This document shows, piece after piece, positions 19,743 through 34,981 of a stretch of DNA of 64,000 nt. Under the pieces are notes generated by a model. It was not told the DNA's origin, did no database searches, and saw nothing but the letters and a program-made list of their open reading frames with translations. The position numbers and the translations under genes are program-made. Position 1 is the first letter of the stretch. Each line of letters opens with the position of its first letter. This DNA comes from an uncultured Planctomycetota bacterium (GTDB lineage: Bacteria; Planctomycetota; PLA2; JAEUHO01). The stretch spans positions 512,001 through 576,000 of the forward strand of contig CAVVXN010000005.1 of NCBI GenBank assembly GCA_963752285.1, given 5' to 3'.

Positions 19743-20456
19743 ATGCACGACCTGAAGCGCGCGCTCGCGGACCTGCTGCTCGAGGCGGAGGCCCTGCAGG
19801 TGGGGTCGTTCCGGCTCAAGAGCGGACGCATGTCGCCCATCTTCTTCAACGCGGGGCGGCTCGACACCGGGCGCCGACTCGCCGCCGTCGGCGACGCGTA
19901 CGCCGCGACGCTCCTCGACCGCGTCGGGGCCGACGGCTTCGACGTGGTGTTCGGTCCGGCCTACAAGGGGATCCCGCTCGCCGTCGCGACGGTCGTGGGC
20001 CTCGCCGCGAAGGGCGTGGAGAAGCCGTACCTGTCCGACCGCAAGGAGGCGAAGGCGCACGGGGCCGAGGCGTCCCAGGGCGCGGCCGCGCAGCGCCTCC
20101 TCGGCCGGCCCCCGGCCTCGGGGACCCGGTTCGTGCTCGTGGACGACGTCTTGACGACGGGAGGGACCAAGGACGAGGCGGTGGAGACGCTCCGTTCGCT
20201 CTGTCCGGGCGCGGGCTTCCCCGCGCTCGTGATCGCGCTCGACCGTCAGGAGGTGACCGCGGAGGGAGAGGACGCCGTGGCCGGGTTCACACGCCGTACG
20301 GGAATCCCGGTCGAGCCCGTGCTCCGCGTGACCGAGCTCCTCGACGACCTCGCCCGTCGCGGGCGGATCTCGGCGGACGACCTCGCGCGCTGTCGGGCCT
20401 ACTGGTCGGAGCACGGGACCGAGGCCGCGCGCGCGTGGGCGGGACATGACGCGTAG
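19743..20456 (+). CDS. pyrE: orotate phosphoribosyltransferase
   Basis: FRLKSGRMSP.FFN, FGPAYKGIP, RKEAKAHG, VDDVLTTG. Confidence 0.95.
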   Translation: MHDLKRALADLLLEAEALQVGSFRLKSGRMSPIFFNAGRLDTGRRLAAVGDAYAATLLDRVGADGFDVVFGPAYKGIPLAVATVVGLAAKGVEKPYLSDRKEAKAHGAEASQGAAAQRLLGRPPASGTRFVLVDDVLTTGGTKDEAVETLRSLCPGAGFPALVIALDRQEVTAEGEDAVAGFTRRTGIPVEPVLRVTELLDDLARRGRISADDLARCRAYWSEHGTEAARAWAGHDA

Positions 20457-20566
20457 GTGACGCCTCGGGGCGCGCGGCAGGCCGGAAAGCGCCCTCTGGG
20501 GGGGGCGTCGGGCTTGCCAAGGGAGCCGCGGGGGCCGACAAGGGGGCCGCCGGCGGAGGGCTTCCC

Positions 20567-20734
20567 ATGCAGCGATTCCACCGCGCGCTCGCCGCGGCGA
20601 CCTTCATCTGGGTGCTCGTGGTGATCGAGCCCGGCTGCGCGAGCCTGGCCAACACCTGCGGCGCCGTCATGAAGCTCGCGCTCGGCGTCGGCCTGGGGGT
20701 CGGCTCGTACTACCTGGTGAAGGCGCTCCACTGA
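20567..20734 (+). CDS. small putative lipoprotein/membrane peptide (55 aa), below the ORF-track cutoff
   Basis: GGAGG then ATG; MQRFHRALAAATFIWVLVVIEPGC signal-like segment and hydrophobic C-terminal helix; GC3-rich codons. Confidence 0.6.
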   Translation: MQRFHRALAAATFIWVLVVIEPGCASLANTCGAVMKLALGVGLGVGSYYLVKALH

Positions 20735-21042
20735 TCGGAACGTCGGGACGCGAGGCGCCCCGTCTGCGCCCGGCCCCCGGGGCGACCGCCGGGCGGGTCG
20801 TCGCCGGCCTCGGGGCCCGTCGGGGCATGCCCGTCACCGTCTCCCCTCGCCCTCGCGCGGTCCGCGGCCCCTCCGCGGGCGCGGTCTCCTCGACGTAGCC
20901 CGCGCCGCGCCTGCGGATCCGCATCCTCGTCGGGACCCTTTCCGACGCGAATGCGAGCGTCGCGGGTGACACTCGTTCCCGGACAGGCCCTTACGCGGGC
21001 CTACCGTCGGCTCGGGCGCGGGAGGCCCGGGGCAGGCGGTTG

Positions 21043-21070
21043 TTGACCGGTGCTCCCGCCCCCGTAAGAT
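21043..21070 (+). promoter_or_regulatory. sigma70-type promoter for tRNA-Gly/Thr-tuf
   Basis: TTGACC-16 nt-TAAGAT. Confidence 0.6.
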
Positions 21071-21129
21071 CCCCCGACCTCGGGGGCTACCCTGGCGTGT
21101 TGTTCCTGGGGATTCCGGGAGGACGCGCC

Positions 21130-21203
21130 GCGGGCGTAGCTCAATGGTAGAGCTCCGGCCTTCCAAGCCGGTGACGTGGGTTCGATTCCCATCGCCCGCT
21201 CCA
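21130..21203 (+). tRNA. tRNA-Gly(TCC)
   Basis: Cloverleaf, anticodon TCC, CCA end. Confidence 0.95.
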
Positions 21204-21348
21204 CGTCTGCCGGAACGGGGCTGGGTCGCTCGCCTCTCGCGGAGCGGCCCGGTACCCGGGAGCCCGAGTTCGAGGTGGGTCCGGCGGGGCGTTCCGTCGG
21301 GCATCGGTTGATTCGGAAACAGGAGTGCTCGACTCGACGGACGCGACC

Positions 21349-21423
21349 GCTGGTGTAGCTCAGTGGTAGAGCACCTCCTTGGTAAGGAGGAGGTCGTGGG
21401 TTCAATCCCCACCACCAGCTCCA
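21349..21423 (+). tRNA. tRNA-Thr(GGT)
   Basis: Cloverleaf, anticodon GGT, CCA end. Confidence 0.95.
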
Positions 21424-21490
21424 GTCCCCCCCGAGCCCCAGAAGACAGGAGCCGGGCGTCTGGACGTCGCCCTCGGAGGATCGCCTTCCC

Positions 21491-22699
21491 ATGGCCAAGG
21501 AAACCTTCCAGCGCACCAAGCCGCACGTGAACGTTGGCACCATCGGCCACGTGGACCACGGCAAGACCACCCTCACCGCCGCCATGACGTACGTCATGGA
21601 GGCGAAGGGACTCTCCAAGGCGAAGGCCTACGCGGACATCGCCAAGGGCGGCACCGTCCGAGACGAGTCCAAGACCGTCACCATCGCGGCCGCGCACGTC
21701 GAGTACGAGACCGAAAACCGGCACTACGCCCACGTGGACTGCCCGGGGCACGCCGACTACGTGAAGAACATGATCACGGGCGCCGCCCAGATGGACGGCG
21801 CGATCCTGGTCGTGTCCGCGGCGGACGGCCCCATGCCCCAGACGCGCGAGCACATCCTGCTCGCCCGCCAGGTGGGCGTGCCGGCGATCGTGGTCTGGAT
21901 CAACGCGATCGACCTCGTGGACGACCCGGAGCTCCTCGAGCTCATCGAGCTCGAGGTGCGCGAGCTCCTCAAGGAGTACGGGTTCCCGGGGGACGAGATC
22001 CCGGTCGTCATGGGTTCCGCGCTGAAGGCGCTCCAGAACCCTTCGAACTTCGACGACCCGGTCGGCGCGGGGGCCATCCTGAAGCTCCTCGAGGCCGTGG
22101 ACAGCTACATCCCGCAGCCCACCCGCGAGGTGGACAAGCCGTTCCTCATGCCCGTCGAGGACGTGTTCTCGATCAAGGGCCGCGGCACGGTCGGCACGGG
22201 CCGGATCGAGCGCGGCAAGATCAAGGTCGGCGAGGCCCTCGAGATCGTGGGGCTGAACGAGCTGCCCCTGAAGAGCACCTGCACCGGCGTCGAGATGTTC
22301 AACAAGACGCTCGACTACGGCGAGGCCGGCGACAACGTGGGCATCCTGCTCCGCGGCATCGACAAGGAGGTGCTGGAGCGCGGGATGGTCCTCGCGCAGC
22401 CCGGCACGATCCACCCGCACACCGAGTTCGAGTCCGAGGTGTACGTCCTGTCGAAGGACGAGGGCGGGCGCCACACGCCGTTCTTCAACAACTACCGGCC
22501 GCAGTTCTACATCCGGACGACCGACGTCACGGGCTCCATCGAGCTCCTGGGCGGCGCCGAGATGTGCATGCCGGGCGACAACGTCGCGATGAAGGTCTCC
22601 CTGAACAACCCCATCGCCATCGAGGAGAAGATGCGCTTCGCGATCCGCGAGGGCGGCCGGACCGTCGGCGCCGGGACGGTGACGAAGATCATCAAGTAG
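21491..22699 (+). CDS. tuf: elongation factor Tu
   Basis: [31 protein letters not shown]. Confidence 0.98.
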   Translation: MAKETFQRTKPHVNVGTIGHVDHGKTTLTAAMTYVMEAKGLSKAKAYADIAKGGTVRDESKTVTIAAAHVEYETENRHYAHVDCPGHADYVKNMITGAAQMDGAILVVSAADGPMPQTREHILLARQVGVPAIVVWINAIDLVDDPELLELIELEVRELLKEYGFPGDEIPVVMGSALKALQNPSNFDDPVGAGAILKLLEAVDSYIPQPTREVDKPFLMPVEDVFSIKGRGTVGTGRIERGKIKVGEALEIVGLNELPLKSTCTGVEMFNKTLDYGEAGDNVGILLRGIDKEVLERGMVLAQPGTIHPHTEFESEVYVLSKDEGGRHTPFFNNYRPQFYIRTTDVTGSIELLGGAEMCMPGDNVAMKVSLNNPIAIEEKMRFAIREGGRTVGAGTVTKIIK

Positions 22700-22739
22700 T
22701 CGGGCCGCGGCCCGCGCTCGGAGCCGGAGGTACTCGGTC

Positions 22740-22913
22740 ATGGCCAAGTCCCAGGACGCCCGCGGCTACGTCTGGCTCCAGTGCACGGAGACCGGGGACC
22801 TCAACTACCGCGTCCAGAAGCGGATCAAGGGCAACCCCTACAAGATCGAGGTCAAGAAGTATTGCCCGCGGCTGAAGCGCCACACCCTCCACAAGGAGAG
22901 CAAGAGAAAATAG
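22740..22913 (+). CDS. rpmG: 50S ribosomal protein L33
   Basis: Manual translation [23 protein letters not shown]...[15 protein letters not shown]; position between tuf and tRNA-Trp. Confidence 0.93.
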   Translation: MAKSQDARGYVWLQCTETGDLNYRVQKRIKGNPYKIEVKKYCPRLKRHTLHKESKRK

Positions 22914-22923
22914 GCCGTTTCGC

Positions 22924-22999
22924 ACGGCCGTAGCTCAACTGGTAGAGCACCTGATTCCAAATCAGGGGGTTGGGGGTTCGATTCCTCCCGGCCGTGCCA
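22924..22999 (+). tRNA. tRNA-Trp(CCA)
   Basis: Cloverleaf, anticodon CCA, upstream of secE. Confidence 0.95.
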
Positions 23000-23085
23000 T
23001 CTCTTCGACAGGAAGCCATTTCCCCCTCGGATAGCCGACGTCCGCCCTCGGGACGCCGACACCGCGGCCGGGGCCGGGGTCAGAC

Positions 23086-23499
23086 GTGTCAGGACTCGAG
23101 ATCTACAAGCCGGGCCAGGGAAAGATCGCGCGGAGCGTGACGTACGTTCTCGGCGCGCTCCTGGTCATCTTCGGCGGTGTCCGGCTCTACGCCACCATCA
23201 ACGTGCCCGGCGGGGAGTGGGTGACCGGCGTCCCCGTCATCGGGCACGTCTCCATCTACAACGTGATCGCGCTGGTCGTCGTGCTGCTGGGCATGCTGGC
23301 CCTCCACCTCGTCCTCAACATGCCTCGCTCCGTCGAGACGCTGATCGACACGGAGCAGGAGCTGAAGAAGGTCTCGTGGCCCTCGAAGCGCGAGGTCAAG
23401 AACGCCACCTTCGTCGTCGTGCTCGTCACCTTCGTGACCGCCGTCGCCCTCTTCGGGTTCGACGAGCTGCTGCGCTGGGTGTTCCAGCTCGTGTACTAG
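23086..23499 (+). CDS. secE: preprotein translocase SecE
   Basis: ELKKVSWPS motif, 3 TM, synteny. Confidence 0.93.
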   Translation: MSGLEIYKPGQGKIARSVTYVLGALLVIFGGVRLYATINVPGGEWVTGVPVIGHVSIYNVIALVVVLLGMLALHLVLNMPRSVETLIDTEQELKKVSWPSKREVKNATFVVVLVTFVTAVALFGFDELLRWVFQLVY

Positions 23500-23523
23500 G
23501 TCCAGGAGCAGAGGAGAAGAGCA

Positions 23524-24072
23524 TTGGCGAGGCGGTGGTACGTGGTCCGCGTGCAGGCTGGACGGGAGGGCACCGTCCAGACGGCCCTCGTCCGCCGGCT
23601 GAAGGTCGCAGGGAAGCACGAGGTCGTGCCGCGCGTGCTCGTCCCGGTCGAGACGATCACCGAGGTGAAGGCCGGGAAGAAGCGCACGCGCAAGCGGAAG
23701 CTCTACCCGGGCTACGTCCTGGTCGAGGTCGACGAGGAGAAGGGCAAGGTCCCGCGCGACGTGTGGTTCCTCGTCCGGGAGACCGCGGGCGTCGGCGACT
23801 TCGTCGGGCCGCACGGTCACCCGGAGCCCCTCGACGAGAAGGAGGTGGGCCGGCTCCTCTCCGAGATGGAGCGGAGCGAGGAGAAGGCCCCCCAGGTGGC
23901 GATCTCCCTCAAGAAGGGCGACGCCGTGAAGATCAAGGAAGGCCCGCTCGAGTCGTTCGAGGGCCAGATCGACGAGGTCATCCCGGCGAAGGGCATGGTG
24001 CGCGTGATCGTGACGATCTTCGGTCGCGCCACGCCCGTAGAGCTGGAATACTGGCAGGTGGAGCCCGTCTAG
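23524..24072 (+). CDS. nusG: transcription factor NusG
   Basis: [24 protein letters not shown]. Confidence 0.96.
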   Translation: MARRWYVVRVQAGREGTVQTALVRRLKVAGKHEVVPRVLVPVETITEVKAGKKRTRKRKLYPGYVLVEVDEEKGKVPRDVWFLVRETAGVGDFVGPHGHPEPLDEKEVGRLLSEMERSEEKAPQVAISLKKGDAVKIKEGPLESFEGQIDEVIPAKGMVRVIVTIFGRATPVELEYWQVEPV

Positions 24073-24097
24073 GGCCGCCCCGAGAGGTCGATGCGCC

Positions 24098-24523
24098 ATG
24101 GCGAAGGACATCAAGGCCAAGGTCAAGCTGCAGTGCCCGGCCGGGCAGGCGACGCCCGCGCCGCCGGTGGGGCCCGCCCTCGGCCAGCACGGCGTCAACA
24201 TCGGGGAGTTCGTCCGCCGGTTCAACGACGCGACCGCGAAGGACCGCGGGACGATCATTCCCGTGATCCTGACGGTCTACACCGATCGCTCGTTCGACTT
24301 CGTGCTGAAGAGCCCGCCAGCCGCCGTCCTCCTCCGCCAGGCCGCCGGCCTCGAGAAGGGCAGCGCCACCCCCAACACCGTCAAGGTGGGCAAGGTGACG
24401 CGAGCCCAGGTCCAGGACATCGCCCGGCGCAAGATGGACGACCTCAACGCCTACCGCGAGGAGTCCGCCGAACGGATCGTGATGGGCACCGCGCGGTCCA
24501 TGGGCATCGAGGTCGAGGGCTAG
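24098..24523 (+). CDS. rplK: 50S ribosomal protein L11
   Basis: [15 protein letters not shown]. Confidence 0.98.
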   Translation: MAKDIKAKVKLQCPAGQATPAPPVGPALGQHGVNIGEFVRRFNDATAKDRGTIIPVILTVYTDRSFDFVLKSPPAAVLLRQAAGLEKGSATPNTVKVGKVTRAQVQDIARRKMDDLNAYREESAERIVMGTARSMGIEVEG

Positions 24524-24685
24524 CCGGCGGAACCGACCCTCGAAGGGGCCTGTCCGTCGCCTCGGGAATTTCTCGTCCGTCCCCGGGAGATCCGTACCCT
24601 ACGGGACTTCCCGACCGCCGGTCGGGCCGACTCGTCCACCGCCCCTCGAGACCGCCTCCGGGGACGGGAGAGCTGGAGAAGGCGG

Positions 24686-25375
24686 ATGCGCACGACGTCC
24701 AGGCGCTACAAGGCCGCCCTGGAGACCGACGGGTACGACGCGCAGCGGAGATATCCGCTCGGCGACGCGCTCCGGGTCCTCCAGGCGTTTCCCAAGCCGC
24801 GATTCGACGAGACCGTCGAGCTGAGCGTGCGCCTGGGCGTGGACCCGAAGCGGACCGATCAGATGGTCCGCGGTAGCGTGTCCCTCCCCAAGGGCATCGG
24901 CAAGACGCGCGTCGTCGCGGTCTTCGCCGAGGGCGACCTGGCGGAGGAAGCGAAGGCTGCGGGGGCCGACTTCGTCGGGAGCGAAGACCTCGCCAAGCAG
25001 ATCCAGGAGGGCTTCTCCGCCTTCGACGTCTGCATCGCGCACCCGTCGATGATGCGCCACGTCGGCCGCCTCGGGAAGATCCTCGGTCCGCAGGGCAAGA
25101 TGCCCACGCCCAAGACCGGAACCGTCACCGAGAAGATCGGCGAGGCGGTACGCGAGTTCAAAGCGGGCAAGGTCGAGTTCCGCGCCGACGCGGGCGGCAA
25201 CGTGCACGTCCCGGTCGGGAAGCGGAGCTTCGCGCCCGAGGACCTCGAGGCGAACATCACGCACTTCCTCGACCACCTGCGCGGTCTGAAGCCTTCGGCC
25301 GTGAAGGGCGCCTTCCTGAAGAAGGTGTCCCTCTCCGCGTCCATGAGCCCCGGCCTCGTGCTGGACGTGAGCTGA
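24686..25375 (+). CDS. rplA: 50S ribosomal protein L1
   Basis: FDETVE, DQMVRG, LGPQGKMP. Confidence 0.98.
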   Translation: MRTTSRRYKAALETDGYDAQRRYPLGDALRVLQAFPKPRFDETVELSVRLGVDPKRTDQMVRGSVSLPKGIGKTRVVAVFAEGDLAEEAKAAGADFVGSEDLAKQIQEGFSAFDVCIAHPSMMRHVGRLGKILGPQGKMPTPKTGTVTEKIGEAVREFKAGKVEFRADAGGNVHVPVGKRSFAPEDLEANITHFLDHLRGLKPSAVKGAFLKKVSLSASMSPGLVLDVS

Positions 25376-25390
25376 GGGGAGGACGACGCG

Positions 25391-25963
25391 ATGGCCAAGG
25401 CCCTGAAGCGGATGATGGTCGAGGAGTACGTGAGCGACCTCGGCCAGACGCGGAACCTGATCATCGTGGATCCGGGTCCGATGAGCGTCGAGAACGCCGA
25501 GGCGTTCCGGCGCGACCTGCGCGAGCAGGCCGGCGGCGCCGTGTTCCAGCTCGTCCACAACCGGACGGTGCGCCGCGCGCTGGAGGAGACCGTCTACCGC
25601 GGCCACGAAGACGCGCTCTCGCCCCTGCTGAAGGGGCAGTCGGCCGTCCTCTACGGCGGCGAGGGCGCGATCCCGATCGCCAAGGTCGTTCGCGACTGGC
25701 GCCGCCGCTTCAAGCCGCTGACCGTCAAGGGCGGGGTGGCGGACGGCGAGGTCCTCGACGCCGCGACCGTCGAGGGACTGGCCGACCTCCCGGGGCTTCC
25801 CCAGCTCCGGGGCATGCTGCTCGGCGCGGTGCTCGGCTCCGCGCGGGGCCTCGCCGCCTCCTTGCAGGCGGTCTACGGGGGGATTGCGCGCGTGCTCCAG
25901 GCCCGCATCGAAGAGGCGGAGGGGGCAGGCGCGGATGGCGATGGCGACAACCAGGGTGCGTAG
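25391..25963 (+). CDS. rplJ: 50S ribosomal protein L10
   Basis: Synteny, L10-like fold pattern. Confidence 0.9.
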   Translation: MAKALKRMMVEEYVSDLGQTRNLIIVDPGPMSVENAEAFRRDLREQAGGAVFQLVHNRTVRRALEETVYRGHEDALSPLLKGQSAVLYGGEGAIPIAKVVRDWRRRFKPLTVKGGVADGEVLDAATVEGLADLPGLPQLRGMLLGAVLGSARGLAASLQAVYGGIARVLQARIEEAEGAGADGDGDNQGA

Positions 25964-26008
25964 CCCAGAGCGCCGAAGTTTGGAAACGTAGGACGAGGAG
26001 TTGGAGTC

Positions 26009-26422
26009 ATGTCCGAGCAGACCGAAGAGAGCGTGCAGCTCGACGAGGAGCTCGAGGGCATCTTCAAGACCCTGGACGGCCTCACCATCTCGAAGGCGGC
26101 CAAGCTCGTGAAGGCCCTCGAGGAGCGCTGGGGGGTCAGCGCGGCCGCGCCCGCGGCCGTGATGCAGATGCCCGCGGGCGGCGGGGCCGCCCCCGCCGAG
26201 GCCGAGGAGAAGACCGCGTTCGACGTGGTCCTCAAGTCCGCCGGCCAGCAGAAGATCCAGGTGATCAAGGTGGTGCGTGCGGCCACGGGTCTTGGCCTGA
26301 AGGAGGCCAAGGAGCTCGTGGACGCGGCGCCGAAGCCCGTGAAGACCGGCCTCTCCAAGGAGGACGCGGAGAAGCTCCAGAAGGAGCTCACCGACGTCGG
26401 CGCCGAGGTCGAGATCAAGTAG
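26009..26422 (+). CDS. rplL: 50S ribosomal protein L7/L12
   Basis: [21 protein letters not shown]. Confidence 0.98.
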   Translation: MSEQTEESVQLDEELEGIFKTLDGLTISKAAKLVKALEERWGVSAAAPAAVMQMPAGGGAAPAEAEEKTAFDVVLKSAGQQKIQVIKVVRAATGLGLKEAKELVDAAPKPVKTGLSKEDAEKLQKELTDVGAEVEIK

Positions 26423-26432
26423 CGCCCGTCGC

Positions 26433-26454
26433 GACCGGGCCGAAGGGCCCGGTC
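26433..26454 (+). terminator. hairpin after rplL (no U-tract)
   Basis: GACCGGGCC-GAAG-GGCCCGGTC perfect 9-bp stem. Confidence 0.4.
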
Positions 26455-26584
26455 CGCGGTCGGGATCGGCGCGGGGCCTCTCGGCTCCCTCCGCGACGCG
26501 GGGGGGCCCGGGGCCCCGTGGCTTTCGGGGCCGGGGTGCCGGGGCCGCTGGGTGCGTCCTTGCGGGGCCGGCTGGGCATGCCGC

Positions 26585-26613
26585 TTGCCTGCCCCACCCT
26601 TCGGTCCTACATT
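26585..26613 (+). promoter_or_regulatory. sigma70-type promoter for rpoBC
   Basis: TTGCCT-17 nt-TACATT. Confidence 0.6.
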
Positions 26614-26854
26614 TGCGGGCTCGGGGGCGTCGTCCCCGAGACGTCCGGCGCGGCTTCGTCAATGTCTTCCTTGGGCCGGGGAAGATCACAGCCTGAAGCC
26701 GCGGGCCGGGGTGCGGCCGAGAGATCCGAACCCGAGGGGGACGTCTCGTCCTCTGCCGCATGCGTCACGCACGGGTGGTCGCGGACCGTCCCGAGGACCC
26801 CGCTCCGGGATCCCGGTCGGGACGCCCCGTGCCCTTCACGTCAAGAGGTCTCTG

Positions 26855-29800
26855 ATGAGCAAAGAGAACGGCAACGGGACCATCGACGACTACCAGCTCG
26901 TCCACTACGGCGGGAAGCGGTCGTACGACATCCCCCACCTCGCCGAGCTGCAGACCGCGTCGTACGCGGAGTTCCTGCAGGACGAGGTGCCGGCGGAGCA
27001 CCGCCAGTCCTCGGGGCTCGAGGCGATCCTGAGGGAGGTGTTCCCGATCCCGTCGTACGACGGGACGATGGAGCTCCAGTACCTCGGATACGACCTCGGG
27101 AGCCCGCGGTACACGCCGGACGAGTGCCGCGAGCTGAAGCTCACATACGGCCGTCCCTTCAAGGTGCGCGTGCGCCTGCAGAAGGAGAGTCCCGTCGAGG
27201 AGGACGTGTACCTCGGCGAGATCCCGATCATGGTCGGCGGGGGCGAGTTCATCGTGAACGGGACGGAGCGCGTCATCGTCACGCAGCTCCACCGCTCGCC
27301 GGGCGTGGACTTCTCCGTCGAGACGCACACCTCCGACAAGAAGCTGCACTCGTGCTGGCTCATCCCCGAGCGCGGCTCCTGGATCGAGTTCAACGTCACG
27401 AAGAAGGACATGCTGGCGGTACGGATCGACCAGTCCGGGAAGTTCCCCGCCACCGCGCTGCTCCGGGCCATGAGCGAGGAGTTCTCCACGGACCAGGACC
27501 TGGTCCGGCTCTTCTACAAGACGAAGACCGTCTCGACGACGTCGCGCACCTACAAGAAGGGCGTGGTCGGGAAGCACACGGTGAACCCCGTGGCCGACGA
27601 GGCCACGGGCGAGGTGATCCTCGAGGCGCTCGAGATCGTGAGCGAGGAGGCGGCCGACCGCGCGGCGAAGTGCGGGATCGCCGCCGTCGAGATCATCGAG
27701 GACGTGGACGACCCGCTCGTCCTGAACACGCTCCTCGAGGACACGACCGAGTCCCACGAGGAGGCGCTGCTCAAGATCTACGGCCGGCTCCGCCCGGGCA
27801 ACCCGCCCCAGGTCGAGAAGGCGAAGGAGCTCTTCCGAGAGAAGTTCTTCGACCCGTCGCGCTATCGCCTTGGCCGCGTCGGCCGGTTCCGACTGAACCG
27901 CAAGTTCAAGACGGACTTCCCCGAGGAGCAGCAGACCCTCCACAAGGAGGACCTGGTGCAGGCGGTCCGCTACCTGGTCAGCCTGCGGGGTGGCAAGGGC
28001 GAGATCGACGACATCGACCACCTCGGCAACCGGCGCATCCGCACGATCGCCGAGTTGGCGGGCGACGAGCTCCGCAAGGGCTTCCTCAAGCTGCGCCGCA
28101 CGGCCCAGGAACGGATGAACATCGAGGACGCCGACACGATCACGCCGCGCAGCGTGATCAACTCGAAGACGATCTCGTCGGCCATCGACTACTTCTTCGG
28201 CCGCGGCGAGCTGTCGCAGGTCGTGGACCAGACGAACCCCCTCTCGCAGCTCACGCACGAGCGCCGGCTCTCGGCCCTCGGCCCGGGCGGCCTCAACCGG
28301 AAGCGCGCCGGGTTCGAGGTGCGTGACGTACACATCAGCCACTACGGCCGGATCTGCCCCATCGAGACCCCCGAGGGCACCAACATCGGTCTCATCTCGT
28401 CGCTGTCGATCTACAGCGGCGTGGACGACTACGGCTTCCTCACCACGCCCTACCGCGTGGTGCGGGACGGCCGGGTGACGGAGGAGATCGTGCAGCTCCG
28501 TGCGGACGAGGAGCTCGATGCGGTCCTGGCGCCCGCGGACACGCAGGTGGACGACAAGTCGCGCATCATCGGAGAGGTCGTCCTGGGTCGAAAGAACGAC
28601 GACTTCCTCCTCGTGAAGCGGGAAGACGTCCAGTACATGGACGTGTCCCCGATGCAGCTGGTCGGAGTGTCGGCGGCATTGATCCCGTTCCTGGAGCACG
28701 ACGACGCGAACCGCGCGCTGATGGGCTCGAACATGCATGCGACAGGCGGTGCCGCTACTCGTGACCGACCCGGCGCTCGTCGGGACGGGCATGGAGCGTA
28801 TCGTCGCCGAGAACTCGAGCATGGTGGTGCGAACCAAGCACCCCGGGACCGTGACGTACGTAGACGCCTCGCGCATCGTGGTGGGGGAGGACCTGTACGT
28901 CCTCCGCAAGTTCGTCGGTTTGAACGAGCGTACCTGTCTCAACCAGAAGCCGATCGTCTCGGTGGGCGACCAGGTCCGGGCCGGGCAGGTGATCGCGGAC
29001 GGGGCGGGGACGCACCGGGGCGAGCTGGCCCTGGGCCACAACGCGCTCGTCGCGTTCATGCCGTGGGACGGCTACAACTACGAGGACGCGATTCTCGTGA
29101 GCGAGGAGCTCGTACAGCACGACAAGTACACCTCCATCCACATGGACGTGTACGAGATCGAGATCCGCGAGACGAAGCTCGGTCGCGAGGAGTTCACGAG
29201 CGACATCCCGAACGTGTCGGAGCGCGCGCTGCGCAACCTCGACGAGGACGGCATCGTACGGGTGGGGACGCGCGTCCTGCCCGGTGACATCCTGGTCGGC
29301 AAGGTGGCTCCGAAGTCGAAGAGCGAGCTCTCGCCCGAGGAGAAGCTGCTCCACGCGATCTTCGGCCGCGCCGGCGAAGACGTGAAGAACGACTCCCTGA
29401 CCGTCCCGCCGGGCGTCGAGGGGATCGTCATCGAGACGAAGAAGTTCTCGCGCAAGGTGAACGTGAGCGAGGAGGACCGCCTCGACAGCCAGCGGATGAT
29501 CCGGGACGCGGAGCGGACCTTCCAGGAGTCCTTCAAGCGAGAGATGGACACGCTCGTCGCCGCGATGCACGAGTCACTCGGCCGCACGCTCGTCGACCCG
29601 GCCACCAACAAGGCGTTCTCGACGAACGGCGTCGAGTCGCTGCCGGAGCTCCGCGAGGTGCGCGACCGGCTCCTCGCCGCGGTGCGGGGGGCGGGGTTGC
29701 GCCCCGAAGACCCGTTCCACGTCGTCATGCGCCGGCACGTGGTGGCCATCGAGGACGCCGAGGCGGTCAAGAACAAGCAGGTGAACAGGTTGTCGCGCGG

Positions 29801-30557
29801 CGACGAGCTGCCGACCGGCGTGCTCGAGGTCGTGAAGGTCTACATCGCGACGAAGCGCAACCTGTCGGTCGGCGACAAGATGGCCGGCCGGCACGGCAAC
29901 AAGGGCGTGATCAGCCGGGTGCTGCCCCTCGAGGACATGCCGTTCCTCGAGGACGGGACGCCGGTGCAGATCGTCCTGAACCCGCTCGGCGTGCCGAGCC
30001 GTATGAACGTCGGGCAGATCCTCGAGACGCATCTCGGCCACGCCGCGAAGCTCCTCGGCCTCCGCGTGACGACGCGCGTGTTCGACGGCGCCTCCGAGCA
30101 CGACATCGAGGGTCTGCTCGAGAAGGCGGGCCTGCCGCCGGACGGCAAGGTGACCCTCTTCGACGGGCGGACGGGCCGCACCTTCGACCAGAAGGTCACG
30201 GTCGGCTACCTGTACATGATGAAGCTCCACCACCTGGTGGACGAGAAGATCCACGCGCGCGCGACGGGCCCGTACAGCCTCATCACGCAGCAGCCCCTCG
30301 GGGGCAAGGCGCGATTCGGCGGCCAGCGTTTCGGAGAGATGGAGGTGTGGGCGCTCGAGGCGTACGGCGCCGCGCACATCCTGCAGGAGCTTTTGACCGT
30401 GAAGTCCGACGACGTGGACGGCCGCATGAAGATCTACGAGTCGATGGTGAAGGGCGAGAACATGCTCGAGCCGGGGACCCCGGTTTCCTTCGAGGTCCTC
30501 TGCAACGAGATCCGCGGCCTCGCGCTGAACATCGAGCTCGAGAAGAGCAGCCTCTGA
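26855..30557 (+). CDS. rpoB: RNA polymerase beta subunit (one +1 frameshift near 28737, probably artefact)
   Basis: [19 protein letters not shown] across the shift, [21 protein letters not shown]. Confidence 0.96.
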
Positions 30558-34827
<4,270 letters not shown>

Positions 34828-34981
34828 GCCCGCCCGCGCCCCCCCGGCCCCGGTGGCTCCGACCGTCGGCTTCCGCGGGTCCCGGGCCGTCGGGGCGGGG
34901 TGGGCCCCCTCGGTTTGGCGATGACCCCACCGGCGGGGCTGGTACAGTCTCCGGCTCCGCATCGATTCCCCGGAAGACATC

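Noticed and set aside
20895..21004. Hairpins and the TGCGGATCCGCA palindrome upstream of the tRNA-Gly promoter as an ncRNA
   Set aside because: No recognisable family; pairings of this quality are common at this GC content
19037..21129. Integrative element at tRNA-Tyr
   Set aside because: No integrase, no att duplication seen, and the cargo is housekeeping-like
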